A stretch of DNA of 26,838 nucleotides from NCBI GenBank assembly GCA_038231275.1, contig JBBRLQ010000058.1, forward strand, positions 1 to 26,838, given 5' to 3'. The DNA is from Polyangiales bacterium (GTDB lineage Bacteria; Myxococcota_A; Polyangia; Polyangiales; Polyangiaceae). The position numbers and the translations under genes were made by a program. The notes beneath the pieces are model-generated. The model did no database searches. It worked only from the letters and a program-made list of their open reading frames with translations, and had not been told where the DNA came from. The first letter of the stretch is position 1; each line of letters starts with the position of its first letter. Below are positions 17,609-25,360 of the stretch, in pieces.

Positions 17609-18772
17609 ATGCTCTCGCGCTCCCGGTGCGCCGCGTTCGCCCTCCTCGCCGTCGGACTCTTCGGCTGCCGCGATCGCATCCCTGGATCCGGCGCGTCGGA
17701 GTCGCCGGGGACCGCGGAGCCTCCGGCAACCTCGGCTCCCCTTCCCGCGACGCCAGTGACCGCTGCGTCGGCGCCCGTTCCGGCATCGGGCGCCCGATTC
17801 GTTCCGGAGCGCGTCGCGCACGAGGGGCAGGCGATGGGCACGCACCTCGCGTTCACAGCGTTCACGACGCCAAACGTCGACGCAGGCAAAGCGAGGAAGC
17901 TCTTCGAGGACGCCGTCGTCGAGATCAAGCGCATCGAAGCGCTGATGACGACGTGGCGCCCCGACAGCGAGGTCTCCGCGATCAACACAGCCGCCGGCAA
18001 GGCGCCCGTCAAGGTCGGCGCCGAGACCTTCGCCGTCATCAAAGAGGCGATCCACACGAGCGAGATCAGCGAGGGCACCTTCGACATCACGTTCGAGGTC
18101 CTGCACGGACTGTGGAAGTTCGACGAGGACCTCGATCCGCACCCGCCCACCGACGCCCAGATCAAATCGAAGCTGGGCCTCCTCGGGTACAAGCACGTCA
18201 AGCTCGACGCCGCCGCGTCGACGGTGTTCTTGGACAAGGAGGGCGTGAAGATCTCGCTCGGCGGAATCGCGAAGGGGTACGCCGTCGATCGCGCGGCGAA
18301 GGTGCTCGAGGCCGGCGGGCTCGACGCCTATTTCGTCCAGGCCGGCGGCGACCTCTACACGCACGGTAAGAAGCCCGACGGCACCGACTGGCAGGCCGGA
18401 ATCCGCGATCCGCGCGGCAAAGACGGCTCGTATTTCGCGATGCTGCCGGTGACCGACCACTCCTTCAGCACGGCCGGCGACTACGAGCGCAGCTACGTGC
18501 TGGACGGCAAGCGCTACCACCACATCATCGATCCTAGGACGGGCAAGCCTGCGACGGCGAGCCGCAGCGTCACCATCTGGGCCCCCACCGCGCTGCAAGC
18601 CGACGCCATCGACGACGCGGTCTTCATCCTCGGCCCCGAGAAGGGACTCAAGCTCGTCGAGTCGATCGACGGCGTCGGCGCGGTGATCGTCGACGCGAAG
18701 AACAACCTCTACGTGAGCCAGCGTCTCTACGGGAAGCTGCGCATCACCGCGGTGCCGACCGACGGACCGTGA
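17609..18772 (+). CDS. apbE: FAD:protein FMN transferase (ApbE), lipoprotein
   Basis: Lipobox LFGC; AMGT, SEVSAIN, FDIT, LGGIAKGYAVD, GGD, GIRDP, STAGDYER, YHHIIDPRTG. Confidence 0.95.
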   Translation: MLSRSRCAAFALLAVGLFGCRDRIPGSGASESPGTAEPPATSAPLPATPVTAASAPVPASGARFVPERVAHEGQAMGTHLAFTAFTTPNVDAGKARKLFEDAVVEIKRIEALMTTWRPDSEVSAINTAAGKAPVKVGAETFAVIKEAIHTSEISEGTFDITFEVLHGLWKFDEDLDPHPPTDAQIKSKLGLLGYKHVKLDAAASTVFLDKEGVKISLGGIAKGYAVDRAAKVLEAGGLDAYFVQAGGDLYTHGKKPDGTDWQAGIRDPRGKDGSYFAMLPVTDHSFSTAGDYERSYVLDGKRYHHIIDPRTGKPATASRSVTIWAPTALQADAIDDAVFILGPEKGLKLVESIDGVGAVIVDAKNNLYVSQRLYGKLRITAVPTDGP

Positions 18773-18793
18773 CGCTGCGCGCGTCGATGCAAC

Positions 18794-20209
18794 TCAGCGG
18801 CGCTGGAGGATCGCGCGCGCGGCCGCCTCGAGATCGCGCGCGTTCCTGACCTCGAGGACCTGCGTGCAGCGGGGGGCGTAGCGGGCCATCGCGCTGTCTC
18901 CCGTCGCGTAGTCGCCGGTGCTCTCGGGGCACAGCCACAAGAGGGCACGCGCGCGCGCGCGGATGCGATCCAAGACGTCGGCGGAGTCCTCGTGGTAGTT
19001 CGTGCGGCCATCGCCGAGGACGACCACGGTCGTGCGGCGATCGACCTCGTTCAAGTGACGCGCCTCGAACGTGCGGAGGACGCGCCCATAGTTGGAGTTG
19101 TCGGCGATCGAGACGATGCCTCCACCGTACGCGACGCCGAGCGCAACGCCGAGCGGTTTGCGCGCGAAGAGCGCCGTCGTCTCGCCGAGCTCGCTGACGA
19201 AGACGAAGCTGCGCGTGCGCTCGAAGAGCTCTTGCGCGCTGTAGGTGAGCTCCAACGTGAAGCGCGCCACCGCGCGCACGGAGTCGCTGACGTCGCAGAG
19301 CAGCATGAGGCGGGCCTTGTCGCGGCGGCGGTCTTTGCGCGCGGGCGCGAACGGCACGCCGCCAGTGCGGAGGGCGCGGCGGAGGGTGCGGTGCACGTCG
19401 ATGCGCCCGCGCCTCGCCCGCCGCGCGCGCACGTGCTCGCTCCCGCGGAGTCGCTCGACGAAGACCCGGACGGCGCGGCGCACCTCTTCGACCTCGGCGT
19501 CGGTGAGCGTCGCGAAGTCTTTTGTCTCGACGTTGCGCGCCCCGGCGAGCTCCGAGAGCTCGCGTTCGCGACGGGCGAAGGTGGCGCGGACGTGGGCGCG
19601 GACCTCTTCGGCGGCCCGGTCGAGCTCTGCGCGAAGGGCGTCGGCGAGCGCCTCACCGCGCGCGCCGAGCGCATCGACGAGCGCCGCACGAACCGCCGCC
19701 AGGGCGTGGTAGCTCTTCGGCACCCCGAGCTGATCGAGGACGCGGTGCGTGTAGAAGCCGGCCTGGAGCTGGCTCCTCATCCCGTCGAGCGTGCGCACGA
19801 CGCCGGCGAGCTGAAGCATCCGATCGAGCTCCGCGCCGCGATCGAGCAGCGTGGCGAACGCGCCGCCGCCGTCCACCGCACCACGCGCCATCTCCGTCAG
19901 CAGCGCGCGCAAATGCGTGAGCTCGTCCTCCGCGAAGCCCTGGGCAGCGAGGCGCTCCCACAACGTCGCGCGCGACGCGCCTGGGCCGAAGAACGCGTCG
20001 AACGCCGCCTCGAAGCGCCCGCGCTCCTTCGCGTCATGGACGACGACGCAGGCGATCGCCTCCCGCACCGCCCACCGATCCTCGAGCCCCACCGCCACGA
20101 CGGCGCGCGCCACGTCGATCGCCTGCGACGTCGCGATGGAGAGCCCCGCGCGTCGGAGCGACCAGACGAGCTCGTCGAGGACGCGCGTGATCGCCCGCGG
20201 ATCGGCCAC
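18794..20209 (-). CDS. CoxE-like VWA domain protein
   Basis: LRRAGL at the N-terminus, FEAAFDAFF, GRIDVHRTLR, MIDAS CDVSDS, SNYG, TTVVVLGDGRTN, WLCPE, GDSAM..Y. Confidence 0.9.
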   Translation of the reverse strand: MADPRAITRVLDELVWSLRRAGLSIATSQAIDVARAVVAVGLEDRWAVREAIACVVVHDAKERGRFEAAFDAFFGPGASRATLWERLAAQGFAEDELTHLRALLTEMARGAVDGGGAFATLLDRGAELDRMLQLAGVVRTLDGMRSQLQAGFYTHRVLDQLGVPKSYHALAAVRAALVDALGARGEALADALRAELDRAAEEVRAHVRATFARRERELSELAGARNVETKDFATLTDAEVEEVRRAVRVFVERLRGSEHVRARRARRGRIDVHRTLRRALRTGGVPFAPARKDRRRDKARLMLLCDVSDSVRAVARFTLELTYSAQELFERTRSFVFVSELGETTALFARKPLGVALGVAYGGGIVSIADNSNYGRVLRTFEARHLNEVDRRTTVVVLGDGRTNYHEDSADVLDRIRARARALLWLCPESTGDYATGDSAMARYAPRCTQVLEVRNARDLEAAARAILQRR

Positions 20210-20221
20210 GGCGCGAGCAGC

Positions 20222-21052
20222 CTACGGCGCCGGCTCGGCGAGGAGCGTCTTCACGAGCTGCTCGACAGCCGCGTCGTGCGAGGGATCGAAGCCGACCGAG
20301 ACGTCGCGCACGACGCCGCGCTTGTCGAGGACGAAGAGCGTCGGCAGATTCGCGATGCCGTACGTGCGCGACGTGTCCCCCTGACCATCGACGACGCTCG
20401 GGTACTTCATGTCGGAGCGCTGCGCGAACGCCGCCGCCACCTCGGCCTCGTCCGTGGTGATGCCGACGACCGTGAGCCCCTGCGCGCCGAAGCGCGCCTG
20501 CATCGCCGACAGCCGCGGCGCGACGAGGCGGCACGGGCCGCACCACGTGGCCCAGAAATCGAGCACGACGACGCGCCCACGAAGCTCCGCGAGCGACTTG
20601 GGAGCAGCGCCGAGCGGCGCGACGTTCTTCCACGCCGGCGCGATGGCCCCGAGGTGATCCATGCGCAGCATCTCGTCGGCGGTCGGGCGCGGCTCGAGCG
20701 TGACAGTGAGCTTCATCTCCTTGTCACCGCGCTGCACGGCCACCGCCACCGTCTCGCCCGCGACGTGCGCGGCGACTGCGCGCGTGACGTCGACGGCGCG
20801 CAGGACGCCGCCGCCGTCAATCTTCACGATCTTGTCCCCCTCCTTCAGCCCTGCCTTCTCCGCAGGCGACGACCGCACGACGTGCCGGACGCCAACGCCC
20901 GCGAGACCGCCAGGGTCCATCGCGACACCGAGCCACCCCGGTGCTGCACCCCCGCCGCCCCGCGCCGTGTCCGCGGCATCGGCCGAGGTCGTCAGGGTCG
21001 CGGCGAGGGCCAGAAGCGCGAGTGCAAGCGTGGGCGCGAGAGCGCGTCTCAT
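20222..21052 (-). CDS. Exported PDZ + TlpA-like thioredoxin protein
   Basis: Signal peptide; PDZ (GWLGV, SPAEKAGLKEGDKIVKIDG); TlpA-like domain (GRVVVLDFWATWCGPC, LPTLFVLDKRG). Start taken at ATG 21052. Confidence 0.92.
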   Translation of the reverse strand: MRRALAPTLALALLALAATLTTSADAADTARGGGGAAPGWLGVAMDPGGLAGVGVRHVVRSSPAEKAGLKEGDKIVKIDGGGVLRAVDVTRAVAAHVAGETVAVAVQRGDKEMKLTVTLEPRPTADEMLRMDHLGAIAPAWKNVAPLGAAPKSLAELRGRVVVLDFWATWCGPCRLVAPRLSAMQARFGAQGLTVVGITTDEAEVAAAFAQRSDMKYPSVVDGQGDTSRTYGIANLPTLFVLDKRGVVRDVSVGFDPSHDAAVEQLVKTLLAEPAP

Positions 21053-21077
21053 CCTCTTCACCGTAGCATCAGACCCA

Positions 21078-21399
21078 CAAAAGCATCGTGGCGCGCTCGC
21101 TCCGCCCCGCGTTCAAGCTGGGGAGGAAGACGATGCGCGCCACGCGAAAGCTCGGAACGATCGGGAAGAGCCGTGAAGCCGAGAAAAGAAGAGAAAGAAG
21201 GCACGCGAAGAACGTGAAGCAGGAACAAGAGCCGGAACAAAGAGAAGAGGTAAGCGGTCGATCGAAGCGAGCAGCGAAGCCAAAAAGTCGAAGCTACTAA
21301 GGATCAAGCAAGGACAAGCGAGTCTGAAAGCGCGTTTCCGATCCCGAAGGGAGGTGGGATCGGGCAAAGGGCCGCAGCCCACAGTCCTCTGCGTCGCTG
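21078..21399 (-). ncRNA. Candidate sigma54-dependent small RNA (~320 nt), U/C-rich with repeated GCUU motifs
   Basis: Lies downstream of a strong sigma54 motif. A-poor body with 10 GCUU, a 5' hairpin (21338-21363) and a long 3' hairpin (21087-21144) followed by UUUU. No credible same-strand ORF. Not a family I recognise. Confidence 0.5.
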
Positions 21400-21409
21400 C
21401 ACTGCCTTG

Positions 21410-21426
21410 AGCACCTCACGTGCCAG
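21410..21426 (-). promoter_or_regulatory. Sigma54 (-24/-12) promoter
   Basis: Minus strand CTGGCACG-TGAG-GTGCT versus consensus TGGCACG-N4-TTGCW, with exact GG-N10-GC. AT-rich tract just upstream (21444-21468). Confidence 0.72.
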
Positions 21427-21632
21427 GCCAAGGAGCACGCGGGAATTCATATATTTTGTCGTTGTTTAGGACAGTTACCACGGTGTGGAAAACCTGCGCG
21501 CGGAGCGAAGGAGCGGACGCGGCGAGGCAGAGGGGTCGCGATCGGCGCGGTGGCCCGCACGTTTTGCGATGTAGGCAAATAGGCGCACCGGCGCGTGATT
21601 TTCACGGAGTCCAAGAGGCGCCGACAAGAGCG

Positions 21633-21660
21633 TTGACCTTATCCATGGCGCGAGTATGGT
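21633..21660 (+). promoter_or_regulatory. Sigma70 promoter for tRNA-Arg/tadA
   Basis: TTGACC-N16-TATGGT followed by a GC-rich discriminator (GCCGCGCG), typical of stable-RNA promoters. Confidence 0.65.
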
Positions 21661-21703
21661 GCCGCGCGCTTCGCCCCTTTTCTTGGGGCGCGCGAGACGT
21701 AAC

Positions 21704-21780
21704 GCGCCCGTAGCTCAGCTGGATAGAGCATTGGTCTACGGAACCAAGGGTCGGAAGTTCGAATCTTCCCGGGCGCGCCA
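21704..21780 (+). tRNA. tRNA-Arg (anticodon ACG)
   Basis: Acceptor stem GCGCCCG/CGGGCGC, D-arm AGCTCAGCTGGATAGAGC, anticodon arm TTGGT-CTACGGA-ACCAA, T-arm GGAAG-TTCGAAT-CTTCC, encoded CCA; 77 nt. Confidence 0.98.
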
Positions 21781-21783
21781 GCG

Positions 21784-22248
21784 ATGACCCACGAGGAGTG
21801 GATGCGCGCGGCGCTCGCGGAGGCCGACGCGGCCGCGGTGATGGGAGAGGTGCCGGTCGGCTGCGTCCTCGTCGGCGCGGACGGGGCGGAGCTCGCGCGC
21901 GGACACAACCTCCGCGAGGCGACGCAAGACCCCACGGCGCACGCCGAGATGATCGCCGTGCGCGCGGCGGCGGCGAAGCTCGGCAGCTTCCGCCTCGAGG
22001 GCGTGACGGCGTACGTGACGCTCGAGCCGTGCCCGATGTGCGCCGGCGCGCTCGTCCACGCGCGGGTCGCCCACCTCGTGTACGGCTGCGACGATCCCAA
22101 AGGCGGCGCCGTGACGAGCCTCTACTCGGTGGGCGTCGACGGAAAGATGAACCACTCCTTCGCGCTCACGCGCGGCGTCTTGGCCGACGAATCGGCGGCG
22201 CGCTTGCGATCGTTCTTCGCGGGGCTGCGGGCACTCGGCAAGAAGTGA
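21784..22248 (+). CDS. tadA: tRNA adenosine(34) deaminase
   Basis: GEVPVG, N.RE...DPTAHAE, YVTLEPCPMCAGA, DPKGGA, NH, LRSFF..LR. Confidence 0.96.
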   Translation: MTHEEWMRAALAEADAAAVMGEVPVGCVLVGADGAELARGHNLREATQDPTAHAEMIAVRAAAAKLGSFRLEGVTAYVTLEPCPMCAGALVHARVAHLVYGCDDPKGGAVTSLYSVGVDGKMNHSFALTRGVLADESAARLRSFFAGLRALGKK

Positions 22249-22269
22249 ACGGAGGCCTTGCCGAGGGAT

Positions 22270-24633
22270 TCAGTTCTGCTGCCACTGCGCTTCGTCGTCG
22301 CTCGTGACGTGAATGACGCCAACCGGCGGGCGCGGCGGCGGCGACGGGGCGCCCCCGTGGTGGAACGAGATCGTCTCGGTGAGCGCTTCGGCGAGCTCCG
22401 CCTTCGTGATCTTGCCCGTCCGTTCGGCGATCTCCATCAATTGACGCACGTGCCTCATCCACGACTCGGGGACCTCTCCCTTCTCGTAGATGCGATAATT
22501 TTTGATGGGGGACGGCATGATTGACGATAGATAAAGGCACTCAGCGAGGTTCAGCTCCTCGGGCTTTCGGCCGAAATAGTGCTCTGCTGCGCGCGTCACG
22601 CCGTAGAGATTGGGGCCGAACTCGATGATGTTCAAATACAGTTCCATCATGTCGTCTTTGCGAAAAATCTGTTCGAGATAATCCGTCAAGATCACCTCCT
22701 CGAGCTTGCGCGAGAGGGTCTTGTCACGCAGCAGAAACAGGTTCTTCGCGAGCTGCATCGTGATGGTGCTGGCGCCGCGCTGGAATTTGCGTGCCTTCAG
22801 GTTGGCCACCAGCGAGCTGCGGATGGCGGCGTGGTTGAATCCCTTGTGGTGCGGGAACGCGCCGTCCTCGGTCGTGAGCACGGCGACCTGCATGAACGGG
22901 CTGATGTGGTCGAGATCGGTCCACGCCGTGGTGCCGGGGCCGGTCTGCTCTTCCTCGATCTTCCCGTCCGGCGTGTAGACGTGGTGCGAGAACGGCTGCG
23001 TGAAGCGATCGCGCGACAGATCGCCGGGGACCGCGATCATCCGGCACTCGTCGGCGATCGAGTAGTCGAGCGCGAGATCGTCGAGCTTGCGGCTGTCGAA
23101 GGCCAGCCGGCCTCGCGCGCCGAAGGTCCCCGCCATTCGCGTGCCGCGCAGCGTGGGGAGTAGCGCGCTGGGGACGCTGTCGAAGAGCTGCTGGCACGCC
23201 GCGCCGGGCACGTCGAAGCTGAGCGCCGCCGAGACGTGATCGGGCGTCTCTTCCAATGCCCCGCGGCCGTGCAGGTGCAGCGCACCCATCGAGATCTCTC
23301 CGTCGTCGAGCCGGAGCTGCCCCTTGTCGTCGAGGAGGCCGCGCGCGGCGACGCCGAAATCGAGCCCGCGCAGCGTGTCGGACGCGAGCTTGGCGTGACG
23401 GATCGCGACACCGCGCACCTTGACGTCGACGTCGAAGGTCATCGCGTCGCCCGCCGCCGCGATCACCACGCGCCCCTTGCCGGCCAAGGTCGCGCGATCG
23501 ACGTCCGTGAGGCCCATCGCGCCGTTTTTCACGCCGAGGAGCGAGAGCGCCACGGGGCCGCCGGAGAGATCGACCACGACGTCCCCCCCCGCGAGCGGCA
23601 GCGTGCCCTCGAGAGAGAGGCGGGTGGCGGCGTTGGCCGACGCGGCGTCGCCGGTGGCGAAGGACACGCGTACGTCGTCGTGCGTTCGCTCGAATCGGAA
23701 AGGGCCGGGGCCGAGCGCGATGCGGTCGCCGCGAACTCCGAGAGACAGCTCGAGGCCGTCCACTTCCACCAGCGCCCCTTCGGGGATGCGCGACGCGAGC
23801 AGCGCCGCGATCGTCCCCGCCTTGTGGCGAAGCGCGTGCAGATCGGGGAGCGGCAAGAGGGGCGGTGCGCTCGACGGCGTCGCCGCGACCGGTGAGGGAG
23901 CCGCCGGGCGCGCACCGCGGCGCTTGGAGGGGAGAACGACCGGCAGCGGAGGCGGCGCCGGATCGAGCGGGCTCACCGCGGGCGCCGCAGAAGGATCGGG
24001 GCCGAGCGCGAGATCGTACGAGAGCTGCACACGCCCGACCTTCGCGCTCTTCAATGCGCCGCTCGGCTCGAGCTGAACGCTCAGCGTCGCGAGCTCCGCG
24101 TGAGCATCCCCGTCGCTCGCCTTGGCCCCCTCCAGCGCGATGCGGTACCCGTCGTCGCTCCGCTCGACCGAAACGCCTTGGCTCGTGAGGCTCGGCGGTG
24201 CGCCGGCGGTCGGGCTCCACGTGATCGCGATCCCTTCGGCGCGCCAAGGCGTCGAGCCGCCTCCGCCGCCGCCCGCCGTTCCCTCGCCACGCCAGGCGCG
24301 AATCGCGTCACGGAGCTCTTCGGGGCTCCCCTCGAGCGAAACCGTTCCCCCCTGCGCGACGAGCTCGCGCGGCTTGAGAGATGCGCTCAATTCGACGCGG
24401 ATCTCCGGAAGGCGAACGTCGACGCCGCGCACGTTTTGCAAGCGCACATGTACGTCGCGGAGGGTCAGCGAGAAGAATCCGGGGCGCACGGTGCCGACCT
24501 CGACGTCGAGCTTGCGGCGGGCAGCTTCCGCGGCGATCTTCGCCCGAACGAGCGGGGAGAAGCTCAACGCGGCAGCGAGCGCGAGCACCGCGAGGGCGCC
24601 CGACACGATCCACGTCCGCCGCGAAAGACGCAT
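22270..24633 (-). CDS. Large monofunctional biosynthetic peptidoglycan transglycosylase (GT51 at C-terminus)
   Basis: N-terminal TM, long beta-rich region, then GT51 motifs TEDGAFPHHKGF, GASTITMQLAKNLF, RKLEE, KDDMMELYLNIIEFG. No transpeptidase domain. Start taken at ATG 24633. Confidence 0.9.
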   Translation of the reverse strand: MRLSRRTWIVSGALAVLALAAALSFSPLVRAKIAAEAARRKLDVEVGTVRPGFFSLTLRDVHVRLQNVRGVDVRLPEIRVELSASLKPRELVAQGGTVSLEGSPEELRDAIRAWRGEGTAGGGGGGSTPWRAEGIAITWSPTAGAPPSLTSQGVSVERSDDGYRIALEGAKASDGDAHAELATLSVQLEPSGALKSAKVGRVQLSYDLALGPDPSAAPAVSPLDPAPPPLPVVLPSKRRGARPAAPSPVAATPSSAPPLLPLPDLHALRHKAGTIAALLASRIPEGALVEVDGLELSLGVRGDRIALGPGPFRFERTHDDVRVSFATGDAASANAATRLSLEGTLPLAGGDVVVDLSGGPVALSLLGVKNGAMGLTDVDRATLAGKGRVVIAAAGDAMTFDVDVKVRGVAIRHAKLASDTLRGLDFGVAARGLLDDKGQLRLDDGEISMGALHLHGRGALEETPDHVSAALSFDVPGAACQQLFDSVPSALLPTLRGTRMAGTFGARGRLAFDSRKLDDLALDYSIADECRMIAVPGDLSRDRFTQPFSHHVYTPDGKIEEEQTGPGTTAWTDLDHISPFMQVAVLTTEDGAFPHHKGFNHAAIRSSLVANLKARKFQRGASTITMQLAKNLFLLRDKTLSRKLEEVILTDYLEQIFRKDDMMELYLNIIEFGPNLYGVTRAAEHYFGRKPEELNLAECLYLSSIMPSPIKNYRIYEKGEVPESWMRHVRQLMEIAERTGKITKAELAEALTETISFHHGGAPSPPPRPPVGVIHVTSDDEAQWQQN

Positions 24634-24759
24634 GCTCCACGAGAGTAACGCTCGACGGGCCTGACGTAACCGCCAAAGCCGCGTCGGACGGCCTGCGCCG
24701 GACCGACCGTTTTTTGACGCACCTTCGAAATCCGCGTCGCGGCGTCGTCGAGACGCGGC

Positions 24760-25311
24760 AGCGCGGTGAAGATGGCCGAGACGACGAACACCACGATCTC
24801 GCGCCTCGGCGAGAGCAGCGCGGACATCGGCAAGGTGATCAAGGTCATCACGTCGATTGCCCAGCAGACCAACCTCCTCGCGCTCAACGCGACGATCGAA
24901 GCGGCGCGCGCAGGCGACGCCGGTAGGGGCTTCGCGGTCGTGGCGAACGAGGTGAAGGAGCTCGCGCGCGAGACCGCCAAGGCCTCCGACGACAGTCAGC
25001 GGATCGAGGCTATCCAGGCCGACGCCCGCGGCGCGATCGGAGCGATCGGACAGATCACCGCCATCATCAACCAGATCAACGATCTTCAGACCACGATCGC
25101 GAGCGCCGTCGAAGAGCAAACGGCGACGACGAACGAGATCAGCCGCAACGTGCTCGAGGCCGCGCAGGGCAGCGAGGAGATCGCGAGGAACATCGGCTCG
25201 GTCGCGCGCACCGCGGCGGAGACGACCCGAGGCGCGACCGACGCGCGCGGCGCCGCACAGGAGCTCGCGCGGCTCGCGACCGAGCTCGCGACGATCGCGA
25301 GCTCGAGCTAG
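24760..25311 (+). pseudogene. 5'-truncated methyl-accepting chemotaxis protein (signalling domain only)
   Basis: [47 protein letters not shown] hairpin tip. Begins mid-helix (SAVKMAETT) with no sensor, HAMP or SD. Apparent one-codon loss at ASDD-SQRI. Confidence 0.8.
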
Positions 25312-25360
25312 TCCCGCGGGCAGGGACCTCCGAGCGCGACCCTAGAGAAGGATTCGTCCC

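Noticed and set aside
17609..18772. Local ApbE flavinylation substrate (DxxSGAT/S motif)
   Set aside because: Only partial look-alikes were found (GSGAS in the ApbE linker, DDGAT/DEGAT in the DUF1579-like protein, EGGAT in the Cys-rich protein); none fits the motif in an FMN-binding domain.
18992..21217. Long ORFs on opposite strands or alternate frames (e.g. 18992-21217 +, 13578-15878 -, 3732-5201 +, 5089-6513 +, 7727-8968 +)
   Set aside because: Shadow ORFs of high-GC coding sequence: Arg/Ala-rich, no motifs, and overlapping well-supported genes.
21088..21300. Plus-strand basic ORF (70 aa, or 55 aa from ATG 21133 with a GGAGG upstream)
   Set aside because: Codons are A-ending and atypical (AGA, GAA, AAA, CAA, GTA), the composition follows from the purine skew, the SD and ATG lie inside a strong hairpin, and the clear promoter points the other way. 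Not fully excluded; it is the main alternative to the sRNA model.
21145..21335. Possible CRISPR array or tandem repeat in the AAG-rich tract
   Set aside because: The repeated unit is only 3-5 nt with no 23-47-nt direct repeats, no spacers and no cas genes.
21704..21780. tRNA as an integration site for a prophage or island
   Set aside because: No integrase, no duplicated tRNA 3' end, and the flanking genes are housekeeping.
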